From the IMG/VR virus record IMGVR_UViG_2703718823_000008: a stretch of DNA of 33,510 nucleotides; one strand, written 5' to 3'. Below, piece after piece: positions 1 to 7,870 of this stretch. The DNA comes from a virus (Duplodnaviria > Heunggongvirae > Uroviricota > Caudoviricetes). Position numbers and translations under genes: made by a program. The notes under the pieces were generated by a model. The model was not told the DNA's origin and ran no database searches. It saw nothing but the letters and a program-made list of their open reading frames with translations. Position 1 is the stretch's first letter. Each line of letters begins with the position of its first letter.

Positions 1-201
1 ACTGGCGATTCTTTATTAGTGAGCCGGGAATTATTTCAGTTGAGGATTTACCTCCCGGCTGGGGATTACTTCACGTTGTTAACGGAAGAGTACGGAAAGT
101 ACATGGATGGCCCAGGGGTAATTGCTGTTGGGGTAATCCTGACGATAAGCCATTTACTGGAAATAAGCAGGTTGAATGCGATTACATGTTATCTGCATTA
201 A
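1..201 (+). CDS. Possible 3' end of an ORF that begins upstream of the window; product unknown
   Basis: Frame 1 is open from base 1 to the TAA at 199-201; no recognisable motif. Confidence 0.25.
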   Translation, partial: TGDSLLVSRELFQLRIYLPAGDYFTLLTEEYGKYMDGPGVIAVGVILTISHLLEISRLNAITCYLH

Positions 202-352
202 GGCGCATGGAGTTGAGAGGGCACCTTAATGAAATATATGACGGTGTAATTGTTAATAAGAAAGAAGGAAACGCGGCATGACCACTATTACCAAAGATTG
301 ACTGCTGACAATCCAGCATTGGCGCGAAACATACGGACCGGGTAGCAACGTT

Positions 353-865
353 GTGCTTCCAGCAGAAGAAGCGGAAGAGCTGGCACGGATTGCGCTGGCA
401 TCACTGGCAGCAGTATCGGATGAACGAGCAGCCTATGAATTATTTATGGAGAAGCGTTTCGGAGAATCTGTAGATCGCCGCAGAGCAAAAAATGGCGATA
501 GAGAATACATGGCATGGGATATGGCGCTTGGCTGGATTATCTGGTGTCACCGCGCCGCCATGCTTCAGGCTGGAAACTTTCGGGAAAATAAGGGGTCGTC
601 AACCAATAATTTTCGGGAAATCTCGGAAACGTCAACCAACTATCCGGTAACTCCGGATGGTTGGATAAGCTGTAGTGAGCGAATGCCGGATGATGGTCAG
701 CACGTAATTATTTTATGTGATGGCGCATTCGTTCTTTATGCGCAATATCGAGACGGTGAGTTTTTTGATGTAGTCCGTAATGGTGATGAATTTTTCGAAA
801 CACAGAGCCGCAATGTAACCGGCTGGATGCCGCTACCAGAACCGCCGCAGGAGGTGCGCCAATGA
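353..865 (+). CDS. DUF551-family phage protein; possibly interrupted at the N-terminus (strong RBS and ATG at 278, in-frame TGA at 299-301)
   Basis: 170-aa ORF with C-terminal W-x-P-L-P-E-P motif typical of DUF551 as recalled; start at GTG 353 lacks a clear SD, while ATG 278 has AAGGAA 8 nt upstream. Confidence 0.6.
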   Translation: MLPAEEAEELARIALASLAAVSDERAAYELFMEKRFGESVDRRRAKNGDREYMAWDMALGWIIWCHRAAMLQAGNFRENKGSSTNNFREISETSTNYPVTPDGWISCSERMPDDGQHVIILCDGAFVLYAQYRDGEFFDVVRNGDEFFETQSRNVTGWMPLPEPPQEVRQ

Positions 866-945
866 ACTGGCCTGAAGCATTTGCAATTACAGGCGTTGCT
901 ATGGTTATCGCTTTTTTAATATATGTTATTTGTCGGTGGGGGTAA
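862..945 (+). CDS. Small hydrophobic peptide, 27 aa (MNWPEAFAITGVAMVIAFLIYVICRWG)
   Basis: ATG overlaps the upstream stop as ATGA; AGGAGG SD 7 nt upstream; single predicted TM helix; below the ORF-track length cut-off. Confidence 0.35.
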   Translation: MNWPEAFAITGVAMVIAFLIYVICRWG

Positions 946-980
946 AAACGTTCGCCGGGATTCACACCAAAGGAGGGAAT

Positions 981-1085
981 ATGTCGGATGATATCTCACT
1001 GGCAATGGAAGGCGCTCTGGCCGTTATTGTTGTTGTGGGTGTTTACTGCCTGGTCGTGCTTTTGATGGATCGTCTGGGGAGCTGA
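981..1085 (+). CDS. Small hydrophobic peptide, 34 aa (MSDDISLAMEGALAVIVVVGVYCLVVLLMDRLGS)
   Basis: AAAGGAGGG SD 6 nt upstream of ATG; one TM helix; below the ORF-track length cut-off. Confidence 0.4.
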   Translation: MSDDISLAMEGALAVIVVVGVYCLVVLLMDRLGS

Positions 1086-1176
1086 ATTCATTACGATATG
1101 GGAATTTCCATATCGGGTAAAAAGGGGGAGTAAAACGAGAGTCAAGTAGATGTATCGGTCGAAAATTGAGCAGTAA

Positions 1177-1199
1177 AAGGGGCGATATTAATCGCCCTT
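1177..1199 (-). terminator. Intrinsic terminator-like hairpin downstream of the minus-strand ibrAB-like operon
   Basis: GC-rich hairpin AAGGGGCGAT / ATCGCCCTT between convergent genes; short T-run on the minus strand. Confidence 0.4.
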
Positions 1200-1250
1200 G
1201 AGTTGTATTAGTTATCATTTTGTTGCCTTGCCGGGAGTAAGTCGAGCTTG

Positions 1251-1895
1251 CTATTTAACTGTCCATGCCGGGCTGAAATCCACTTCCTGAAATAACTCAG
1301 TTAGCCCGCTAATTTGTTTAAGTCTCAGTACTTCATCCTGATCCATACCCAACTCAGTGCCAATGCGTTCATCTGCCCATCCCAAGCGTGAAAGATCTCT
1401 TACAATATCAGACACTGAGTCTATCTGGTGTTTCCCCCTAGCCCGGTTATGTCGAATGGTTGCGGCAATGCGTGCGGCTTGCCCTTTTCTCTCTGGATTA
1501 ATACAGGCTACAGGCAGCCAGCCCCTCAGACGTTTTCCTGTAACTGATTCTCTGCCCAATAACTGACGATGAAAACCATCCACCACCAGATAATGATTCT
1601 TCTCCTCTGACACCACCACCGGTTGTGTGAAACCATCTTTTTCCAGTGACTGCTTCAGCAGTTTCTTCTCACTTGGTGCCATGACATTGGGGTTATAATC
1701 GTTGGCTACCACCTCATCCGCTTTCACCCACAGCACACAGTCTACAGGCTCCTGTGCAAAAGGACTGACTTCATGCAGTACCCTGCGCAGATGGTTAAGG
1801 GCTCGTATGGACTCTTCTTCGGGCTGTTCCCGACTGAAGTACTGACGAATCATGTTGCTTAGTACATCCATCTCAGGCGTCACAGAATCCCCCAT
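1251..1895 (-). CDS. ibrB: ParB-like nuclease domain protein (IbrB family)
   Basis: 214-aa ORF overlapping the upstream PAPS-reductase-like gene by 16 nt (operon); ParB/Srx-like N-terminal region; pairing with an IbrA-like gene. Confidence 0.8.
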   Translation of the reverse strand: MGDSVTPEMDVLSNMIRQYFSREQPEEESIRALNHLRRVLHEVSPFAQEPVDCVLWVKADEVVANDYNPNVMAPSEKKLLKQSLEKDGFTQPVVVSEEKNHYLVVDGFHRQLLGRESVTGKRLRGWLPVACINPERKGQAARIAATIRHNRARGKHQIDSVSDIVRDLSRLGWADERIGTELGMDQDEVLRLKQISGLTELFQEVDFSPAWTVK

Positions 1896-3106
1896 TCTTT
1901 CCTCCTTTCCTTCATTCGTTGCAGATAACGCTCATAGTGCCGGGGTTTGTTCGGACTGAAGGAGAGGGTCCGGCACCAGAAGTCATTCTTTATGAGCGTC
2001 TTACAGATACGTCGCCAGGACGGGATATCCCGGCTCCCCAGGTCATTCTCCTGTTCATCCGGGATATCATCCGGGAAGCCCCGCGTCTGATACCAGCGCA
2101 GGTAGACTGCAATTTTGTTACGGTAATGTTCTGCTGTTCTTTCTGGCATAACATCCAGCATGAACATTGCGTAGCTGCGCCAGGTATGATGAGCCGGTTT
2201 TGTGATTCGTTTACGCAGAGCAAAATAGGCACCGCTTTCATTGGCATAAAGAGCGCCACTGGCAGCCCCTGACACTCGCTCACACATCCTGGCCCAGGTT
2301 TCCGGCTCCAGAACATGGTAAAGCCACAGCCCCTTACGCTGTTCCGGGCCAAAGGGCTCACAAACACGCATGTTGCGTAACGACACTCCGGCACGGTACA
2401 TTAGGTCGTACAGGGGATTGTAGATGGCGCGGGTTCTTGAGTTATACGTCCATATATCATTTGTTTTCCAGTCATACAATGGATACATGGTGTAGTAAAA
2501 ACCATCGGGTGAAGCGGTGGTCCAGGGTTTATCATCTGCATATCTCAGTTTGCGCTGAGACACCAGTCCCATAAAGCGATTGAGCGATTCATCAGCACGA
2601 ACACCAGTTAGTATTCCCACTCCACATCGGTTACCGGCAAACCAGGAAGAAAATGCCGGAACAAATTCTTCAAACGTCATGGCATACCGATAAAATGGGA
2701 AATACGACATATCTGTAATAGCGTCATCTGGTGGCTGACGAACCCATTCTACACCTGGCTCCCAACATATCCATTCTGGCTGAAACTGAGAGACGCCATT
2801 TACCGTAGTCAGAGGAAGCGCTACCCAGTAAAAATTGTCTGTCACATGCCGGTACATTTCCCTCATCTTTTGGATATGATTAATCGTGCACTGATATTGG
2901 GCTTCCCAGTCAATGAATAAAACCGAAAAACGACGTTTTTTTCTACTGGCGACTTCTGCCACAAGATGGAAAAGCACAGTAGAGTCTTTGCCACCAGAAA
3001 AAGACAAGCAGACCTCATTAAACGTTTCGAACAACCATTCAATGCGATGGATTGCTGCTGACAGAACATTTTCCCCTGTGCTGATTTTTGTTATGGTTCC
3101 TGACAT
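1880..3106 (-). CDS. ibrA: PAPS reductase-like PP-loop protein (IbrA family)
   Basis: 408-aa ORF with PP-loop motif SGGKDS near the N-terminus (FSGGKDSTVLFHL); low-GC flanks; AT-rich promoter-like region at 3107-3260. Confidence 0.85.
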   Translation of the reverse strand: MSGTITKISTGENVLSAAIHRIEWLFETFNEVCLSFSGGKDSTVLFHLVAEVASRKKRRFSVLFIDWEAQYQCTINHIQKMREMYRHVTDNFYWVALPLTTVNGVSQFQPEWICWEPGVEWVRQPPDDAITDMSYFPFYRYAMTFEEFVPAFSSWFAGNRCGVGILTGVRADESLNRFMGLVSQRKLRYADDKPWTTASPDGFYYTMYPLYDWKTNDIWTYNSRTRAIYNPLYDLMYRAGVSLRNMRVCEPFGPEQRKGLWLYHVLEPETWARMCERVSGAASGALYANESGAYFALRKRITKPAHHTWRSYAMFMLDVMPERTAEHYRNKIAVYLRWYQTRGFPDDIPDEQENDLGSRDIPSWRRICKTLIKNDFWCRTLSFSPNKPRHYERYLQRMKERRKEWGIL

Positions 3107-3278
3107 ACAATCTTCTAATGATAAAACGGTAAAACCTATACTTATTAAGTAATATTATGTAACAATCATTTTGCATGAATGCAATATGTGATGGTCTTAT
3201 ACACTTTTTATCGCATTCTGGTTAAAATCATCCAGCCAGCCTGAACAACTGGCACCTGCTGTGTCACCGGAGAACCCG

Positions 3279-3551
3279 ATGGCGCAACATATAAAATCCC
3301 ACAATTCTGAAGCCGTCCCGGCCATTAAGCGGGGGCGGCATTCGCACGTATTTAAAACCCACTGGTACCAGCATCCTCCATGCACTGAAGAACAGGCCGA
3401 ATGGCTGATTCAGTGTTACCGCAGGCGCGGATACGAGGTTAAGAAAGCCCTCAGCCTCAATTATCGTCACTGGATAATCTCTGTCAGGCTCCCTTATTCC
3501 GAACGTCCACCGCGTCCGTCCCGCACATTCCAGCAACGTATCTGGAGGTAA
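3279..3551 (+). CDS. Hypothetical phage protein (about 90 aa)
   Basis: ORF with GGAG 9 nt upstream of ATG 3279; sits immediately before the DUF968 gene; no recognised motif. Confidence 0.4.
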   Translation: MAQHIKSHNSEAVPAIKRGRHSHVFKTHWYQHPPCTEEQAEWLIQCYRRRGYEVKKALSLNYRHWIISVRLPYSERPPRPSRTFQQRIWR

Positions 3552-3552
3552 C

Positions 3553-4602
3553 GTGCGGGTATTACTTCGACCTGTTCTGGTGCCGGAACTTGGCCTGGTG
3601 GTCCTTAAGCCCGGACGCGAATCACTGCCTGTTTTTCATTGCGGCAGGGTGCTGGTGGAGCCGGAACCGAAAAGCATGCGTGCTCTGCCGTCCGGGTTTG
3701 TACCTGCCGTTCGCCAGCCGCTGGCGGAAGATAAATCATTACTGCCATTTTTCAGCGATGAGCGGGTGATCCGTGCTGCGGGTGGCGCTGGTGTACTGTC
3801 TGACTGGTTATTACGTCACGTGAAATCCTGCCAGTGGCCACACGGCGATTATCATCACAGCGAAACCGTCATTCACCGTTACAGTACCGGCGCGATGGTG
3901 TTGTGCTGGCACTGCGACAACCACCTGCGGGAGCAGACATCTGATTCACTGGAGCTACTTGCTCAACAGAATCTGGCCGCCTGGATGATTGACGTCATCC
4001 GTCACGTAATGAATGGCGCACAGGAGCGTGAATTATCGCTGGCTGAATTATCCTGGTGGGCGGTCTGCAATCAGGTGGCTGATGCGCTTCCGGAATCTGT
4101 ATTGCGTCGTTCGCTGGGATTACCGGTGGAAAAAATTCGCTCCGTATACAGTGAGAGCGACATCATACCGGGAGAGCAGACCGCCACCAGCATCCTGAAG
4201 CAGCGGACAAAAAACATAGCGCCACCGCTTCACGCCCACCAGCCACAAACCACGCCACAGGAAAAGACGGTAGTAAGCATCGCCGTTGATCCGGAGTCCC
4301 CGGAATCTTTCATGAAACGGCCTAAACGTCGTCGCTGGGTTAATGAAAAGTTCACGCGCTGGGTTAAGACGCAGCCGTGTGCATGCTGTGGAAAGCCAGC
4401 TGATGATCCGCATCACTTGATTGGCCATGGGCAGGGCGGTATGGGGACAAAATCCCACGATATTTTCACACTACCGTTGTGCCGGGAGCACCACAACGAA
4501 CTTCATGCTGACCCGCTGGAGTTTGAGAAAAAGTACGGGTCCCAGGTTGAGTTAATTTTTCATTTTCTTGATCACGCCTTTGCGACTGGCGTGCTCGGGT
4601 AA
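3553..4602 (+). CDS. DUF968-family nin-region protein (YdfU-like) with C-terminal Cys/His HNH-like motif
   Basis: 349-aa ORF; GTG start with GGAGG SD; C-terminal CACCGKPADDPHH...CREHHNELH motif; position upstream of rusA as in lambdoid prophages. Confidence 0.8.
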   Translation: MRVLLRPVLVPELGLVVLKPGRESLPVFHCGRVLVEPEPKSMRALPSGFVPAVRQPLAEDKSLLPFFSDERVIRAAGGAGVLSDWLLRHVKSCQWPHGDYHHSETVIHRYSTGAMVLCWHCDNHLREQTSDSLELLAQQNLAAWMIDVIRHVMNGAQERELSLAELSWWAVCNQVADALPESVLRRSLGLPVEKIRSVYSESDIIPGEQTATSILKQRTKNIAPPLHAHQPQTTPQEKTVVSIAVDPESPESFMKRPKRRRWVNEKFTRWVKTQPCACCGKPADDPHHLIGHGQGGMGTKSHDIFTLPLCREHHNELHADPLEFEKKYGSQVELIFHFLDHAFATGVLG

Positions 4603-4614
4603 AAGAGGTGACTG

Positions 4615-4974
4615 ATGCTCATAGATTTGGTTTTACCTTACCCGCCAACGGTGAACACCTACTGGCGTCGTCGTGGCAGCACATATTTTATCTCGGAGGA
4701 GGGAAAGCGCTATCGCCGTGCTGTGGCGCTTATTGTTAACCAGCAGCGGCTGAAATTAAGCCTGTCCGGAAGGCTGGTAATCAGGATTATTGCAGAGCCA
4801 CCGGATAAGCGCCGCCGTGACCTGGACAATATTCTGAAAGCGCCGCTGGATGCGCTTACGCATGCGGGGTTGTTAATGGACGATGAGCAGTTTGATGAAA
4901 TCAATATTGTGCGTGGCCTGCCTGTTCCTGGCGGGCGGCTGGGGATAAAAATCACAGAACTGGAGTGCGCATGA
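4615..4974 (+). CDS. rusA: Holliday junction resolvase RusA
   Basis: 119-aa ORF; N-terminal LPYPPTVNTYWR and central DxDN region characteristic of RusA; GAGG SD. Confidence 0.9.
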   Translation: MLIDLVLPYPPTVNTYWRRRGSTYFISEEGKRYRRAVALIVNQQRLKLSLSGRLVIRIIAEPPDKRRRDLDNILKAPLDALTHAGLLMDDEQFDEINIVRGLPVPGGRLGIKITELECA

Positions 4975-5654
4975 ATAACCAGTATTTACAGTTTGTTCGT
5001 GAGCAACTCATGATTGCCACTGCGGATCTCAGTGGGGCGACAAAAGGCCAGCTGGAAGCCTGGCAGGAGAATGCCCTGTTCGATACAGGGCGTTACAGAC
5101 GCAAAAAAATTCGTTATCGCGATGAGGTAACCGGAAAAATGATCACGCGGGATAATCAACCGATCCCGGGTAAACAATCACTGGCGAAAGGCTCATCAAT
5201 TGCGCTGGTCAGTCCGGTTGAGTTTGCAACATCATCGTGGCGGCGTGCCGTTCTGGAACTGGAAGAACATCAGAAGGCGTGGTTACTGTGGTGCTACAGT
5301 GGAAATGTTTGCTGGGAAGATCAGGTCACTATAACACAATGGGTATGGGGTGAGTTTAAAGCTCAGGCTGGTACCAGAAAAATTGCAGGGAAAACGCTGG
5401 ATCGTCTGAAGAAACTGATTTGGCTGGCGGCACAGGATGTGAAGAGTGAGCTGGCAGGGCGTGAGACCTATGAACATCAGGAGTTAGCGGTGTTCATAGG
5501 AGTTGCTAAATCTACATGGACAAAAACACACAGGCCTCACTGGTTGGCTATGCGGGGTAGTGCAGAGATGCTGGACAGGGATGCTCTTATTTCAGTAATG
5601 CGGGTACGTTCACGGCAAAAGTCGATTAATTTAGAACCATATCTTGCAAAATAG
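4971..5654 (+). CDS. Late-gene antiterminator Q-like protein
   Basis: Start overlaps the rusA stop (ATGA); position immediately after rusA and before stacked terminators and the late genes; family assignment is by position and loose recall, not a verified motif. Confidence 0.65.
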   Translation: MNNQYLQFVREQLMIATADLSGATKGQLEAWQENALFDTGRYRRKKIRYRDEVTGKMITRDNQPIPGKQSLAKGSSIALVSPVEFATSSWRRAVLELEEHQKAWLLWCYSGNVCWEDQVTITQWVWGEFKAQAGTRKIAGKTLDRLKKLIWLAAQDVKSELAGRETYEHQELAVFIGVAKSTWTKTHRPHWLAMRGSAEMLDRDALISVMRVRSRQKSINLEPYLAK

Positions 5655-5725
5655 AACTGAAGAGCATATATTCCGTGTAAATCTGATATTTTGCAGATTT
5701 TGTTCGCGATGGCAAAGTAAGCAAA

Positions 5726-5748
5726 CCCCGCCGCCGAGCGGGTTTTTT
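5726..5748 (+). terminator. Intrinsic terminator-like hairpin with T6 tail downstream of the Q-like gene
   Basis: CCCCGCCGCCGAGCGGG followed by TTTTTT. Confidence 0.45.
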
Positions 5749-5912
5749 GTTGGCTTAACAGGTTATAATGTACAGTGCGAAACTGCCTGTTCAGCAGAAT
5801 CATAGAGTGTTGACTGATACTGTCGCTGTACCCTGATGGGACTTGTGAGACTTCCGAACTGGAAGCCAGGAGTAGCAATAAGGTGATGACAAGCCTGCTG
5901 CCCTGTGTAAAA

Positions 5913-5941
5913 GGCACCTTAATGGTGCCTTTGTCGTTTTT
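5913..5941 (+). terminator. Intrinsic terminator (GGCACC-TTAA-GGTGCC followed by a T-rich tail)
   Basis: Perfect 6-bp stem with 4-nt loop, followed by TTTGTCGTTTTT. Confidence 0.55.
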
Positions 5942-5952
5942 ATCAAAAGATC

Positions 5953-5976
5953 CCCGCCACTGGCGGGTTTTTTTTT
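5953..5976 (+). terminator. Strong intrinsic terminator, candidate tR' of the late operon
   Basis: CCCGCC-ACT-GGCGGG stem-loop followed by T9; the NN at 5978-5979 lies just 3' of it. Confidence 0.6.
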
Positions 5977-5983
5977 CNNAGAC

Positions 5984-6181
5984 ATGCTGAAACAGCAGGA
6001 TATGACAGAAACCGCCAGAGTGGTGTTTAATGAATTAAGCGTCACCGAACCGGCGACAGTCGGGGAGATAGCGCAGAATACTTACCTTTCACGCGAACGC
6101 TGCCAGTTAATACTGACCCAGCTGGTTATGGCGGGTCTGGCAGACTATCAGTTCGGTTGTTACAGACGCCTTCCGCAGTGA
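5984..6181 (+). CDS. Small hypothetical protein (65 aa), possibly a helix-turn-helix protein
   Basis: ORF immediately after the tR'-like terminator, followed by its own terminator; no confident motif. Confidence 0.4.
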   Translation: MLKQQDMTETARVVFNELSVTEPATVGEIAQNTYLSRERCQLILTQLVMAGLADYQFGCYRRLPQ

Positions 6182-6191
6182 AGGCTTTTTT
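6168..6191 (+). terminator. Intrinsic terminator after the small ORF
   Basis: GCCTTC-CGCAGT-GAAGGC hairpin followed by T6; the stop codon lies within the hairpin. Confidence 0.5.
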
Positions 6192-6331
6192 ATTTGTGGT
6201 AAATGGGCGGCTGGTGGGTGTTAGGGGCACCCCCCAGCCATCTGCTCATGCGTTGGGTTCACAAGCAAACCTCAGGCCCACTGCTTTGCGCAAAAGCAGA
6301 ATGAGCCTATCAGAGACAGGCTTAATGATCC

Positions 6332-7390
6332 ATGCTTAATACTGTAAAAATATCCAGTTGTGAGTTAATCAACGCCGACTGCCTTGAATTTATCCGGTCG
6401 TTACCCGAAAATTCTGTTGACCTGATAGTCACGGACCCGCCGTACTTTAAAGTGAAGCCTGAGGGCTGGGATAACCAGTGGAAGGGCGACGATGATTACC
6501 TGAAGTGGCTGGACCAGTGTCTTGCGCAGTTCTGGCGGGTGCTGAAACCTGCCGGAAGTCTTTACCTGTTCTGTGGCCATCGCCTGGCATCTGATATCGA
6601 AATCATGATGCGTGAACACTTCAGTGTGCTGAACCATATTATCTGGGCAAAGCCGTCCGGACGCTGGAACGGGTGCAACAAGGAAAGCCTGAGGGCGTAT
6701 TTCCCCGCCACAGAGCGCATTCTGTTCGCGGAACATTATCAGGGGCCGTATCGCCCGAAAGATGCCGGGTATGAGGCGAAGGGCAGGGCACTGAAACAGC
6801 ATGTGATGGCCCCGCTGATTTCTTACTTTCGTGATGCGCGTGCTGCCCTGGGGATAACGGCAAAACAGATAGTGGATGCCACAGGAAAGAAAAATATGGT
6901 GTCGCACTGGTTCAGTGCCAGCCAGTGGCAGTTACCGGACGAAAGCGATTATCTGAAATTACAGGCGCTGTTTGCCCGGGTGGCAGAAGAGAAGCATCAG
7001 CGCGGAGAACTGGAAAAGCCACATCACCAACTGGTCAGCACATACAGTGAACTGAACCGGCAGTATACGGAACTGCAGAGTGAATATAAGCATCTGCGGC
7101 GGTATTTCGGTGTGACGGTGCGGGTGCCGTACACCGATGTGTGGACGCATAAACCGGTGCAGTACTATCCCGGGAAACATCCGTGCGAAAAACCGGCAGA
7201 AATGCTGCAGCAGATAATCAGTGCGAGCAGTCGTCCGGGTGACCTGGTTGCAGATTTCTTCATGGGGTCGGGTTCGACAGTCAAAGCAGCGATGGTGTTG
7301 GGGCGTCGTGCTACAGGCGTTGAGCTGGAGACTGAACGTTTTGAGCAGACGGTCAGGGAAGTTCAGGATTTAGCCAGCCAGAACGGATGA
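6332..7390 (+). CDS. Orphan DNA methyltransferase (N6-adenine or N4-cytosine, beta class)
   Basis: DPPY motif near the N-terminus (LIVTDPPYF) and FxGxG S-adenosylmethionine-binding motif (FFMGSGST) near the C-terminus; no adjacent restriction endonuclease gene. Confidence 0.9.
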   Translation: MLNTVKISSCELINADCLEFIRSLPENSVDLIVTDPPYFKVKPEGWDNQWKGDDDYLKWLDQCLAQFWRVLKPAGSLYLFCGHRLASDIEIMMREHFSVLNHIIWAKPSGRWNGCNKESLRAYFPATERILFAEHYQGPYRPKDAGYEAKGRALKQHVMAPLISYFRDARAALGITAKQIVDATGKKNMVSHWFSASQWQLPDESDYLKLQALFARVAEEKHQRGELEKPHHQLVSTYSELNRQYTELQSEYKHLRRYFGVTVRVPYTDVWTHKPVQYYPGKHPCEKPAEMLQQIISASSRPGDLVADFFMGSGSTVKAAMVLGRRATGVELETERFEQTVREVQDLASQNG

Positions 7391-7430
7391 TATTGCAGGA
7401 TTAGTTACGTACCGTTATTATCCTGCGCCC

Positions 7431-7506
7431 GGCCCTTTAGCTCAGTGGTGAGAGCGAGCGACTCATAATCGCCAGGTCGCTGGTTCAAATCCAGCAAGGG
7501 CCACCA
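7431..7506 (+). tRNA. tRNA with CAT anticodon, Ile2 (lysidine) type, resembling the host ileX/ileY tRNA and the ileZ of Stx phages
   Basis: Manual cloverleaf fold: acceptor GGCCCTT/AAGGGCC, D-loop with GG, anticodon loop CTCATAA, T-loop TTCAAAT, 3' CCA encoded. Confidence 0.85.
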
Positions 7507-7515
7507 TATCACATA

Positions 7516-7592
7516 CCGCCATTAGCTCATCGGGATAGAGCGCCAGCCTTCGGAGCTGGCTGCGCGGGGTTCGAGTCCTCGATGGCGGTCCA
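7516..7592 (+). tRNA. tRNA-Arg with TCG anticodon
   Basis: Manual cloverleaf fold: acceptor CCGCCAT/ATGGCGG, anticodon stem CCAGC/GCTGG with loop CTTCGGA (G at position 37), T-loop TTCGAGT, 3' CCA encoded. Confidence 0.75.
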
Positions 7593-7870
7593 TTATCTGC
7601 ATCATGCGTTGTTAGCTCTGATGAGTGAATCATTGTCTTTTGAGCAACAGGCTATCATATAAGATAGTCTCAGATTTCCTTGTTTATTCTCGCCGGATGC
7701 TTCGTAGATATTTGCAGGCATCTGTATGCAGGGGTATTATTGCGGCATATATCATCCGGAAAAATAAAAACTACATGCTGATCCGGAGATGATAGTTACA
7801 AGTCCTCCCGGATCCCGCATATTTACTATATTTTATAGATAATTGTTCTTGTTAATATGGAGATGGATAA

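Noticed and set aside
1990-2394. 134-aa minus-strand ORF and 117-aa plus-strand ORF (1919-2272) overlapping the ibrA-like gene
   Set aside because: Alternative frames inside a well-supported CDS; no independent signals
5692-5840. Exact late promoter (PR') assignment from TATAAT at 5764-5769 or TTGACT at 5810-5815
   Set aside because: Neither hexamer has a convincing partner element at 16-18 bp spacing; reported only as candidates within a finding
6401-6907. 168-aa minus-strand ORF inside the methyltransferase gene
   Set aside because: Antisense to a high-confidence CDS with conserved motifs
7593-7700. Possible third tRNA downstream of the tRNA-Arg, as I recall for the three-tRNA cluster of Stx phages
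   Set aside because: No acceptable cloverleaf could be folded; at most a degenerate remnant
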